NCBI GenBank assembly: GCA_002269645.1
Contig: NIVC01002325.1
Span: forward strand, 119,587 to 183,586
DNA from: Macrostomum lignano
Taxonomy: Eukaryota
DNA: 64,000 bases
Direction: 5' to 3'
The notes beneath the pieces are model-generated. The model was not told the origin of the DNA, did no database searches, and saw only the letters and a list, made by a program, of their open reading frames with translations. This document shows, one piece after another, positions 38,806-49,265 of this stretch (position 1 is its first letter; each line of letters opens with the position of its first letter). The position numbers and the translations under genes are program-made.

Positions 38806-39991
38806 TCATTTTTCATCAGCCACTTCGGAGTAGGGCGGCGGCGGCGGCGGCGGCTCCAGCGGGTCGGCAACAGGCGAGTACGGCGGCGGCTCCAGCGGTC
38901 GGGGCTGCGGGATTCGCAGCGACAGCGGCTCGGCCGAGGCCTCCGTGACGGCCGCCAGGCTGAGGCCGCCAGCCCGCCGTTCAGAGAGGAGCCGCCGGTA
39001 GAAGCCGAGCAGGCAGACGAGCTGCGCAGTGGACAGCAGCAGCGACAGGCACTCCACGACCGTCTTGGCCACGCCCAGGTAGAACACCGCCAGATAGGCC
39101 TGCAGACATGCCAGATTGGTAGGTCACATTTGTTTCAAGCTGCAGATCACACTTGACCCAAACAGCCAAAACCCAAACCCAAACAACTCTTAAGTGACGA
39201 CTTAAGAGACGTGGCAGATTACACCAGGTTCAAGCGGCAGGTCACACCTGGTTCATGTGACAGATCACATCTGGATTAAGCCGTATGTAACACCTGACTC
39301 AAGTAGATCACACCTGCTCAAGCAGATCACACCTGCTCAAGCAGATCACACCTGCTCAAGCAGATCACACCTGCTCAAGCAGATCACACCTGCTCAAGCA
39401 GATCACACCTGCTCAAGCAGATCACACCTGCTCAAGCAGATCACACCTGCTCAAGCAGATCACACCTGCTCAAGCAGCAGATCACACCTGCTCAAGCATA
39501 TCACACCTGGCTCAAGCATATCACACCTGGCTCAAGCAGATCACACCTGGCTCAAGCGGCAGATCACATCAGGTTAAAACGGCAGGTCACAGGCACAAAA
39601 CGAGTCGCACCTGCTCCCGCATCCGCATGCGAGTTCGCTCGTAAAGGCGCCGATTTTCGGCCAGAGTGGCCGCCTCAGCGGTGGCCGCAGCCGTCGTCAC
39701 CAGGAGGGCCGCAGCGGCGACCAGTCCGGCCGCCAGGCAGCGCCGGCGCAGCCGGTGGCGGGCGGTGGCGGCGGAGACGGCGAGGCCGCCAGACAGCAGC
39801 AGGACGGCGCCGCACCAAAGTCCGGTGCCGCGGATGGCGCAGCCGGAGCGCATGACGATGGCGAGGACCTCCAGCAGGGCCAGCGAGCAGCCGCAGAGCA
39901 CCGCCAGGGTGCCGAAATTCTTGTGCGCGCTGCGCTGCCTGACGGGGAACTGAGGCTCCTCAAGCATGACGGAACCTCCCTGCGGTGGCAT
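38806..39991 (-). CDS. Divergent MS4A-like four-TM protein, copy B; exons 39991..39611 and 39099..38806, ~224 aa, two PPPY motifs
   Basis: GTGLWCGAVLLLSGG and EAATLAENRRLYE (cf. [13 protein letters not shown] in copy F). Phase-0 GT..AG intron 39610..39100; TM4 lies in exon 2. Confidence 0.8.
39295..39570. repeat. 19-bp minisatellite inside the copy-B intron (GCAGATCACACCTGCTCAA)
   Basis: About 14 units. Confidence 0.95.
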
Positions 39992-41131
39992 GCACGAAGC
40001 GGAAGCAGCTGAATATTTCTGGCATGGAAGTTCATACTCGTAAATGATAAACAAGAAGCCGCTTGAAACCGCACGACAGGTCAAAATCAACAACCATACG
40101 GCAGTGCGCATTGGCAAACTGTTTATTTAGCAAAAGTACTGTTCAATTAAAACGGGTAAGCAGCTGGACAGAAGCAAGTCCCGATAAAAACGGTGCCAAG
40201 GCTAAGAAGCGCCCAAGACTCGTTTCAAACTCATTCCATCTTGCACAGGTAAGATAGGGAAGAATTGACTCCACACGACGCTAAAAAGTCGCCTAAGAGT
40301 CAATTCGAAGCTTTTTTATTGTCTGCGACTCTGGGGTGACCCAAGTGACTCTGGCGCTTCTATAATGACTCTTGGCCCGTAGAGTCGTATCTGAGCCGTA
40401 CTTGAGAGCCGTCACTTTATGAATTGCAATCACATTTCACATTTTAACAACTCTATTTAGTCTACTAAGGTCATTAGAGAGTTTAGTAATAACAAAACGA
40501 CTCTTGGACGACTTTTTCGCAACTCTCTTTATGATTCTAAGACTGCATCACTCGTGACTAAAAGTCGTCTCTCTGTGGCACAGCTGTTGGCAAGGACTCT
40601 AGCGACTCCTGTCTTTTCGCTTTCAATGGGAGCAGAAAGCTAAGAAAGCGAGATGCAGACAAGCCAAAGAGCATGAATGATGTATAAAAATAGATTGAAA
40701 CAGCCAAGGATGCGGAGTGAATGGCATTCAAAGCTGCAAAACAGATCAGCATATATTGAGTAAACATCAGCTTAATTTGAATTCGGCATGCAGAGCCAGT
40801 AAATATGAATAGCAAAACAATGCAACTATTGACAAGCGGAGTAACAGGGAACATTGGAAGCGGCGACTTGAAATGACAGCTAAAGACAAACAGAAATATT
40901 GTGGGAAAAGATTCGATGTAGACAAGGCAGAACTGCCAGAGACTCCGTTTAAAAAGTGCATCCTTGAAGAAGCATGGCGCCAATATCAAGGCTGAAGCAG
41001 AGGCAACACAGGGAGCAGTTGCCAAGCTCGCATAAAATTATTCCGAAGTTAAAAAAATTAATAAATTTCTTAGCATGCAGACGATTAAGTGAGGTCTGCG
41101 GTCAACCCGAGGACGCTATACCGGCAAAGCA

Positions 41132-42142
41132 TTATGGAGTCGGCCGGACCTTTTCAGCCTCACCAGCGCTCTGTTCGTACGGTGGAGGACAATCCGCGAA
41201 TTGATAGGCGCTTGAGCCGGCCTGCTGACCCGGATACCCGGCCTGCTGACCCGGATACCCGGCCTGCTGACCCGAATACCCGGCCTGCTGACCCGGATAC
41301 CCGGCCTGCTGACCCGGATACCCGGCCTGCTGACCCGGATACCCGGCCTGCTGACCCGGATACCCGGCCTGCTGACCCGGATACCCGGCCTGCTGACCCG
41401 GATACCCAGCCTGCTGACCCGGATACCCGGCCTGCTGACCCGGATACCCGGCCTGCTGACCCGGATACCCGGCCTGCTGACCCGGATATCCGGGCTGAGC
41501 CAAATAGATGACCTGCTGCGGCTGCTGGGAGCTTGCAACAGGCGGCACGCAGCAGCAGGAAGCGCGGCAGGCGAAGGCGGAGTGCACGATGGCCAGCACA
41601 AAGTCCAAGGCGCACAGCAGCGCGCAAACGACGCTGATGGCGTAGGCCTTGCGGAAGGCGACATCGACGTCATCGCGGGAGCCGCTGGTCGCGGTGTACT
41701 GATCCATCAGGTGCTGATTGAATACCGAAGTGACAGAGCTAGAGACCATGGCGAAGAAAGCCGCAACAGAGGCGATGATGGAGAGCACCAGGCAGGTGAT
41801 CACGCAGCCCAGGGCGCAGCCGCAGCCATTGCGGGCAGCCGACATTCCGGAGATGCCAGCGGCCATGACAAACGGGCCGGTCCAGAGGCCGGCGGAGGAA
41901 ACCCGAAAGTAGTAATACCCGCGCCTCTTCATCACAATGCTGAAGCCGTCGGCCAGGCCAAAAATGCCGATGACTAAGAGCAGACCGCCTGTCAGCAGCT
42001 GCAGTAAGCCCATGATGCGGTGGCCCCGCAGCACCCAGGGCGGCAGTCGGCTGGCATAGTTTGTGGGGCCGCTCGGGGCAGCCGGTGCCCCAGTCACCAC
42101 CTGCGGCGTCACGAGAGGCACCGCCTGACTCTGTGGCTGCTG
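41132..42142 (-). CDS. MS4A-like four-TM protein, copy C, with 13 x GYPGQQA and PPPY; no local start codon
   Basis: Intact ORF with four TM segments and [12 protein letters not shown]; the coding exon starts after a pyrimidine tract + CAG at 42143. Confidence 0.87.
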   Translation of the reverse strand, partial: QQPQSQAVPLVTPQVVTGAPAAPSGPTNYASRLPPWVLRGHRIMGLLQLLTGGLLLVIGIFGLADGFSIVMKRRGYYYFRVSSAGLWTGPFVMAAGISGMSAARNGCGCALGCVITCLVLSIIASVAAFFAMVSSSVTSVFNQHLMDQYTATSGSRDDVDVAFRKAYAISVVCALLCALDFVLAIVHSAFACRASCCCVPPVASSQQPQQVIYLAQPGYPGQQAGYPGQQAGYPGQQAGYPGQQAGYPGQQAGYPGQQAGYPGQQAGYPGQQAGYPGQQAGYPGQQAGYSGQQAGYPGQQAGYPGQQAGSSAYQFADCPPPYEQSAGEAEKVRPTP

Positions 42143-42589
42143 CTGCGGGAGATGGGGCGGAGCATGGATAGACTGGGTTGGCTCGCTACTGTTAGTGCTG
42201 ACCTGCTGAGTGAATCTGCACTGCCACCTCCCGCCCTCTGGACTCAGTGACTGCCTAAAGTAAAAATCCCAAATAACCTCGCCCACTCTCACTATCTCAA
42301 ACCTCATATCTCATTGTTGCACTTGATCTCAATCTCAACCGCATAATACATGAGTCATATGAGTCTAATAGAACATGATGCTTGAGAACAGCGAAGTAAC
42401 AGCTGAAAACAGGATATATTAATTGATAAACAGAAAGCAAAGCAAATTAAGTTAAATTGGGCGCAGCTTAAAAGCAGCTGAGCAAAATGAATGCGAATAA
42501 ATAATGCGAGAACAGGGCTTCTCGGAAGAGTGGGCGAAATTTTGAATGCAATGTAATACGGTAAGACATAAATAACCTGCTGGAATGCC

Positions 42590-43165
42590 CCCAAAGCAGC
42601 ATCCAATTATGCAATAAAACATCAGCTGATGCGAACAGCAGCACCCAATTATGCAATAAAACATCAGCTGATGTAAACAGCAGCATCCAATTATGCAATA
42701 AAACATCAGCTGATGCGAACAGCAGCATCCAATTATGCAATAAAGCATCAGCTGATGTAAACAGCAGCATCAAATTATGCAATAAAACATCAGCTGATGT
42801 AAACAGCAGCATCCAATTATGCAATAAAACATCAGCTGATGCGAACAGCAGCATCCAATTATGCAATAAAACATCAGCTGATGTAAACAGCAGCATCCAA
42901 TTATGCAATAAAACATCAGCTGATGTAAACAGCAGCACCCAATTATGCAATAAAACATCAGCTGATGTAAACAGCAGCATCAAATTATGCAATAAAACAT
43001 CAGCTGATGTAAACAGCAGCACCCAATTATGCAATAAAACATCAGCTGATGTAAACAGCAGCATCAAATTATGCAATAAAACATCTGCTGATGTGAACAG
43101 CAGCATCCAATTATGCAATAAAACATCAGCTGATGCGAACAGCAGCATCCAATTATGCAATAAAA
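42590..43165. repeat. 42-bp minisatellite
   Basis: (GCAGCATCCAATTATGCAATAAAACATCAGCTGATGTAAACA) x ~13-14. Confidence 0.95.
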
Positions 43166-43204
43166 CAAAACTGCGTATCTCGTAGCTTTGCCCCTTCTAT
43201 AATA

Positions 43205-43415
43205 CGAGGGCTGTCTCAAAAGTAGTATTACTTTTCAAAATAACTCGTTTTGATGATCGAAGTGACATCATTTCGCACAATTTTATAGCTTTAACTCTTC
43301 TCTATATAAAATCTTAACATGTTTTAAAATTCAGACAATTGAAAGAAAAGTTATGAACAAAAATGTAGCAGAAAATGATTTGCAGTAGCAAAAGTACTTT
43401 TGATTGAATGCACTT
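43205..43415. mobile_element. Mariner-type MITE remnant
   Basis: TA|CGAGGGCTGTCTCAAAAGT resembles the mariner end at ~16607..16626; degenerate opposite end near 43390..43415. Confidence 0.5.
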
Positions 43416-43551
43416 AGACTGGTTCGGCTGCTGTGACAAAGCGATATCTATTTAAAAACTTGAAGAAACATAAAACCAAAATAGTTTCCACTGGGCTTCA
43501 GCTTCACTGCTTTTTGTTCCCTCATTTTGCTCACGAATGTGCATTCAAGTG

Positions 43552-43925
43552 TTGCGGCGGTCACCCCTCAGAAGCCATGGCGGAGAAGGCGGTCAGACAG
43601 GTAGCAACGATGGACAGCCCCAGGCAGGTGACCACGCAGCCCAGGGTGCAGCGGCAGGCCTGCCTTGAAGCCATGAATCAGGAGATGCTGGCGCCGATGA
43701 AGAACGGACAGGCCCAGATTCCGCTGCCGAACAGGCTGAACTCGCCTCCAGCGTATTTGAGCTTCATCTTCTTGACGGTGTCGATGCTCAGGCCCACCTC
43801 GCTGAAGATGATGGTGAGGGCGCCGGTCACCAACTGGATGATGCCCATGTGATGATGCTCCTATTGTTGCCGGACGCCTCCGTGTCTGAGGGCGCCACCA
43901 TCACAACCCGCGGCGCAGGCTGCTC
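43552..43925 (-). pseudogene. MS4A-like pseudogene, copy D (TM1-TM3 only)
   Basis: MGIIQLVTG, SGIWACPFFIGASIS* (in-frame TGA) and [10 protein letters not shown]; frameshift before TM1 and truncation after TM3. Confidence 0.85.
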
Positions 43926-44003
43926 CTGAAGAAGACAGACGGACGGAACATTGCTGACAGATGGATAATGGTGCTAACCGAGGTGGAATGAAATATGGAT
44001 GCG

Positions 44004-44560
44004 TGCTAGCTATGGGGCTACTGATAGTAGGCTATTGCAGCTGTGCTAGCTATGGGGCTACTGATAGTAAGCTATTGCAGCTGTGCTAGCTATTGGGCTA
44101 CTGATAGTAGGCTATTGCAGCTGTGCTAGCTATGGGGCTACTGATAGTAGGCTATTGCAGCTGTGCTAGCTATTGGGCTACTGATAGTAGGCTATTGCAG
44201 CTGTGCTAGCTATTGGGCTACTGATAGTAGGCTATTTCAGCTGTGCTAGCTATTGGGCTACTGATAGTAGGCTATTGCAGCTGTGCTAGCTATGGGGCTA
44301 CTGATAGTAGGCTATTGCAGCTGTGCTAACTATGGGGCTACTGATAGTAGGCTATTGCAGCTGTGCTAGCTATTGGGCTACTGATAGTAGGCTATTGCAG
44401 CTGTGCTAACTATTGGGCTACTGATAGTAGGCTATTGCAGCTGTGCTAGCTATGGGGCTACTGATAGTAGGCTATTGCAGCTGTGCTAGCTATGGGGCTA
44501 CTGATAGTAGGCTATTTCAGCTGTGCTAGCTATTGGGCTACTGATAGTAGGCTATTGCAG
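44004..44560. repeat. 40-bp minisatellite upstream of copy D
   Basis: (CTGTGCTAGCTATGGGGCTACTGATAGTAGGCTATTGCAG) x ~14. Confidence 0.95.
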
Positions 44561-45153
44561 GTTCAGAATAAAAAAGTCCTCTGAACCAAACTGTTTAGAA
44601 TCTTCCATAGAAAAATCTATATTTCTGAGTTATTGAACTTTTAAGCTGGCGAGTCATCACAAACAGTTAAGAGAGCCTGAGATTTTCAATTTTGCGGTTA
44701 CACATTCAGTTGCGAGGCCAGACGAATGTTATAGTTTGCTAATCAAAGCTAAAAAAGACTGAAAAGTTTTGCTGAAACAGTGTCTGATAGATATACAGCT
44801 TAATTATAGGCTTGCCAAAGGCATGTGGAATAAAAGTGCATGGGCAGAGCGAATTTTAAGTCGGGATTCAATAATTATTTAATAAATTTTTGCAATAAAA
44901 AATTCCGCAGTTTCCGGGCATATCGGATCGAAGGAGCAGAAAAAATATGTAAAAATTTGGTGGCAAATTTGTTCATGGACTAAAGCCGGAACATAAAACA
45001 TCTTTGTGTGCAAGTTGGGCGAAAAATGCTGCCACTAAGGCCACAAGATACATGCCCGACCTGCAGCAGAAAAACTGGCGATAGGTAAAACAACGTGTAG
45101 AAAAAGTTTCACATCACAGCTGCAAGTCCAAAACAGGATGGCGCTTCAGAGCT

Positions 45154-46260
45154 TCACTTCCGAGCAGCTTCTGCCATGCTGGCCTCGTACGATGGCGGCG
45201 CATCCGGGATCCGGCCGCCCGTGGAGCTGCCCTGCGGACCCGGATATCCGCCCTGAGGACCCGGATATCCAGCCTGAGGACCCGGAAATCCGCCCTGAGG
45301 ACCTGAATATCCAGCCTGAGGCCCCGGATATCCAGCCTGAGGACCCGGATATCCAGCCTGAGGACCCGGATATCCAGCCTGAGGACCCGGATATCCAGCC
45401 TGAGGACCCGGATATCCAGCCTGAGGACCCGGATATCCAGCCCGAGGACCCGGATATCCGCCTTGAGGACCCGAATATCCAGCCTGAGGACCCGGATACC
45501 CAGTCTGAGGACCCGGATACCCGGCCTGCGGACCCGGATACCCAGTCTGAGGACCCGGATATCCAGCCTGTTGACCCGGATACCCGGCCTGTGGACCTGA
45601 ATACCCGGCCTGCGGGCCAGAGGAACTTCCAGGCTGGTTGGTGACCACATGCTGCTGATGCTGCCGCTGCTGTGTCTCGCTGCTTACAGCCGATGGCACA
45701 CAGCAGCAGGAGGCACAGCAGGCGAAGGCGGAGTGCACGCTGGCCACCGCCAGCTCGATGCCGCAGAGCAGCGCGCACACGATGCCGGTGCTGTAGACGA
45801 CGTGGTAGGCGGTGAAGTCGCTGCCGCTGCCAGCATTCTCATACAGGGTGCGGTTCTGCGCGACCGCAAACGCCTCCGTGATGATGGCAGAGAAGGCGGA
45901 GACGGCGGCGAGGATGGACAGCACGAGGCAGGTGACCACGCAGCCCAGGGGGCAGCAGCAGCCTGGGCGGGAGGCGATGATGCCGGAGATGCCGGCGGCT
46001 ATGAAGAACGGGCCGGCCCTGACGCCGCTGCCAAGCTGGCTCAGCTCGCTCTCGGCGCCGCTGTCTTTGTCCACCATCTTCTTGTCGGTGCCGATGACCA
46101 GACCGGCGATGCTGACGCCCATGGCGAAGATACCGACCAGCACCTGAATGATGCCCATGATGCGGAGGCCGCGCAGCACCCGAGCCGACACGCGGTCCAG
46201 GTAGTTGCCGGGGGTCGCCACCCGCGTGCCCGGCTGTTGAAGCTGATGTGACTGCTGCAT
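45154..46260 (-). CDS. MS4A-like four-TM protein, copy E, 368 aa, ~18 x GYPGPQA and PPSY
   Basis: Intact ORF; [45 protein letters not shown]. Confidence 0.88.
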   Translation of the reverse strand: MQQSHQLQQPGTRVATPGNYLDRVSARVLRGLRIMGIIQVLVGIFAMGVSIAGLVIGTDKKMVDKDSGAESELSQLGSGVRAGPFFIAAGISGIIASRPGCCCPLGCVVTCLVLSILAAVSAFSAIITEAFAVAQNRTLYENAGSGSDFTAYHVVYSTGIVCALLCGIELAVASVHSAFACCASCCCVPSAVSSETQQRQHQQHVVTNQPGSSSGPQAGYSGPQAGYPGQQAGYPGPQTGYPGPQAGYPGPQTGYPGPQAGYSGPQGGYPGPRAGYPGPQAGYPGPQAGYPGPQAGYPGPQAGYPGPQAGYPGPQAGYSGPQGGFPGPQAGYPGPQGGYPGPQGSSTGGRIPDAPPSYEASMAEAARK

Positions 46261-46299
46261 GAAGCGAAGAATTGGTTAAATACTAGCATTCCCTGATCT

Positions 46300-46460
46300 C
46301 GCGGACTGAGAGGGTGCTGGCGTGATGGGGCTGAGAGGGTGCTGGTGTGATGGGGCTGAGAGGGTGCTGGCGTGATGGGACTGAGAGGGTGCTGGTGTGA
46401 TGGGGCTGAGAGGGTGCTGGCGTGATGGGGCTGAGAGGGTGCTGGCGTGATGGGGCTGAG
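46300..46460. repeat. 25-bp minisatellite upstream of copy E
   Basis: About 6 units of GAGAGGGTGCTGGCGTGATGGGGCT. Confidence 0.9.
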
Positions 46461-46606
46461 GATGCTGTTTCATAGATCTGGGGGCTACAAACTCAGGTTA
46501 AATATTTAAAACGAAGATTTAAATAAGGTAACCAGTCAAATAGGGTCATGACGACAAAGTTTTACAGGATGCTTTGAGAGTAAGTAGAAGTTTTGAATTT
46601 TCATTT

Positions 46607-46612
46607 TTTATT
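46607..46612 (-). terminator. Candidate polyadenylation signal (AATAAA) of copy F
   Basis: AATAAA on the minus strand ~430 nt after the copy-F stop. Confidence 0.4.
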
Positions 46613-47042
46613 TAAAAAATAGTTTTTAATAGTAGTATGAAAGATGCAGCGCACGCTATAAAATATCACGCATTCATGCAGCCCGCATCATGCCGGTCAA
46701 CTTCAGCTGAGGCCGGTCATAAAAGTCCATTAAAGTACAATCTCCGCAGCTAAAGTGAATGAGGACCGAAGTCGCATGAGATGACACGCTTGATTTAGTT
46801 CAACACGAAAAGCATGATTTCAGCTGTCAATAGGAGGTCGTACACAGCGTCTGCAGAAAGAGAACTTACAGAAATAAACAGAATGAAAAATATTGCAACA
46901 AGAAGTTCGCGCCATATTCGGCAATTAGAGTGCGTCTGGACCCACTGAATCTTGCTGACGGCTTAGAATTTGGATCAGCTTTCAAGTGGGAGGTGTCTTT
47001 TAAACAACCGTCTGATCCAATGTACGCGCCTTGATAGCAGTT

Positions 47043-48035
47043 TCAAAATTTCACCGCGTGACCTTCAATGCTGGATTCATAGGGCGGCGGAGCTGTGCTG
47101 CTGCCGGCCTGCGGACCCGGATACCCGGCCTGCGGACCCGGATACCCGGCCTGCGGACCCGGATACCCGGCCTGCTGACCCGGATACCCAGCCTGCTGAC
47201 CCGTATACCCGGCCTGCGGACCCGGATACCCAGCCTGCGGACCCGGATACCCGGTCTGCTGGACAGGATACCCGGGTGGCGGTGGGTGGCCTGACTGAGG
47301 AGCAAAGATGACCTGCTGGCCAGGGTAGACTACGACCTGGCCAGGGTAGGGCCCTGCATGCTCCGTGACGTAGGCGCGCTGGCCGGTCATGAAAACCTGC
47401 TGGTGCGGCTGCTGCTGGTTGCTCACAGCTGATGGCACGCAGCAGCAGGAGGCGCGGCAGGCGAAAGCGGAGTGCACGATGGCCAGCACGAACTCGAAGG
47501 CGCACAGCAGCACACAGGCGATGCCGGTACCGTACACGGCCCGAAAGACGTCTTCAGAGCTGCTACTTGAGTACGACTTGGAGTACTCGTACATTCTGCG
47601 GTTCTCAGCAGCCACAATGGCCTCGGTGACCATGGCGGAGAAGGCCAAGACCGAGGCGATGATGGAGAACACCAGGCAGGTGACCACGCAGCCCAGGGTG
47701 CAGCCGCCACCGGGACGACCTGCCGAGAGCCCGGAGATGCCGGCAGCGATGAAGAACGGGCCGGACCAGACGCCGCCGCCGACCAGGCTGAACTGAGTCG
47801 ACAGGCCGTACCGAGTGATGATTTTCTCGCCAGAGCCGACGGCCAGGCCCGCAATGTTGATGATGATGACGAGAGCGCCAGTCAGCAGCTGCAGGAAGCC
47901 CATGATGCGGTGGGCCCGCAGTACCGAAGGCGGCACGCGGCTCGCGTAGCTGCCAGGGGCCGCGGCAGAGGGTGGCGCCACCACCTGCGGCACTGGTGAC
48001 ACCCCGGGGCCAGGCTGTTGCTGTGGCTGCTGCAT
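47043..48035 (-). CDS. MS4A-like four-TM protein, copy F, ~330 aa, 8 x GYPG(P/Q)QA and PPPY
   Basis: Intact ORF from ATG 48035 (MQQPQ); [14 protein letters not shown] and [20 protein letters not shown]. Confidence 0.88.
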   Translation of the reverse strand: MQQPQQQPGPGVSPVPQVVAPPSAAAPGSYASRVPPSVLRAHRIMGFLQLLTGALVIIINIAGLAVGSGEKIITRYGLSTQFSLVGGGVWSGPFFIAAGISGLSAGRPGGGCTLGCVVTCLVFSIIASVLAFSAMVTEAIVAAENRRMYEYSKSYSSSSSEDVFRAVYGTGIACVLLCAFEFVLAIVHSAFACRASCCCVPSAVSNQQQPHQQVFMTGQRAYVTEHAGPYPGQVVVYPGQQVIFAPQSGHPPPPGYPVQQTGYPGPQAGYPGPQAGYTGQQAGYPGQQAGYPGPQAGYPGPQAGYPGPQAGSSTAPPPYESSIEGHAVKF

Positions 48036-48169
48036 CAAAAGCAAGATTCACATTTCTATTTCAATCTTTTCGAACCCTAAAACTGAAGTGGAAAAGGGAA
48101 TGCGTCCATCCCCAGTCAGCAAGACGGCCGCCAGAAGTGCATGGCGCATCTGAGGACTTTGGGTGGGAC

Positions 48170-49265
48170 TTGTGCAGCACTGAGACTACTGGGGCCCACA
48201 GGACAGCACTGAGACTACTGGGGCTCACAGGACAGCACTGAGACTACTGGGGCCCACAGGACAGCACTGAGACTACTGGGGCTCACAGGACAGCACTGAG
48301 ACTACTGGGGCCCACAGGACAGCACTGAGACTACTGGGGCCCACAGGACAGCACTGAGACTACTGGGGCTCACAGGACAGCACTGAGACTACTGGGGCTC
48401 ACAGGACAGCACTGAGACTACTGGGGCCCACAGGACAGCACTGAGACTACTGGGGCCCACAGGACAGCACTGAGACTACTGGGGCCCACAGGACAGCACT
48501 GAGACTACTGGGGCCCACAGGACAGCACTGAGACTACTGGAGCTCACAGGACAGCACTGAGACTGCTGGGGCCCACAAGACAGCACTGAGACTACTGGGG
48601 CCCACAGGACAGCACTAAGACTACTGGGGCCCACAGGACAGCACTGAGACTACTGGGGCTCACAGGACAGCACTGAGACTACTGGGGCTCACAGGACAGC
48701 ACTGAGACTACTGGGGCTCACAGGATAGCACTGAGACTGCTAAGGCTCACAGGACAGCACTGAGACTACTGGGGCTCACAGGACAGCACTGAGACTACTG
48801 GGGCTCACAGGACAGCACTGAGACTACTGGGACTCACAGGACAGCACTGAGACTACTGGGGCTCAAAGGACAGCACTGAGACTACTGGGGCTCACAGGAC
48901 AGCACTGAGACTACTGGGGCTCACAGGACAGCACTGAGACTACTGGGGCTCACAGGACAGCACTGAGACTACTGGGGCTCACAGGACAGCACTGAGACTA
49001 CTGGGGCTCACAGGACAGCACTGAGACTACTGGGGCCCACAGGACAGCACTGAGACTACTGGGGCTCACAGGACAGCACTGAGACTACTGGGGCTCACAG
49101 GACAGCACTGAGACTACTGGGGCTCACAGGACAGCACTGAGACTACTGGGGCTCACAGGACAGCACTGAGACTACTGGGGCTCACAGGACAGCACTGAGA
49201 CTACTGGGGCTCACAGGACAGCACTGAGACTACTGGGGCTCACAGAACAGCACTGAGACTACTGG
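48170..49265. repeat. 29-bp minisatellite upstream of copy F
   Basis: (CACAGGACAGCACTGAGACTACTGGGGCT) x ~37. Confidence 0.97.

Noticed and set aside
40283-40517. Weak inverted repeat AAAAAGTCGCCTAAGAGTC / GACTCTTGGACGACTTTTT
   Set aside because: Only about 19 bp with mismatches and no clear TSD; too weak to call a MITE.
40558-41025. 155-aa hydrophobic ORF downstream of copy C
   Set aside because: No family motif and AT-rich composition unlike the real CDSs; probably 3' UTR or intergenic DNA.
27678-47854. Many overlapping or antisense ORFs over GC-rich genes (e.g. 27678..28778, 35979..37472, 41089..41511, 45138..45644, 45649..46251; also 705..1292 and 26710..27429)
   Set aside because: Shadow ORFs expected from high GC3 and coding repeats; no domain features.
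48170-49265. 29-bp array (and the 40- and 42-bp arrays) as CRISPR
   Set aside because: Units are head-to-tail with no unique spacers, there are no cas genes, and the context is eukaryotic.
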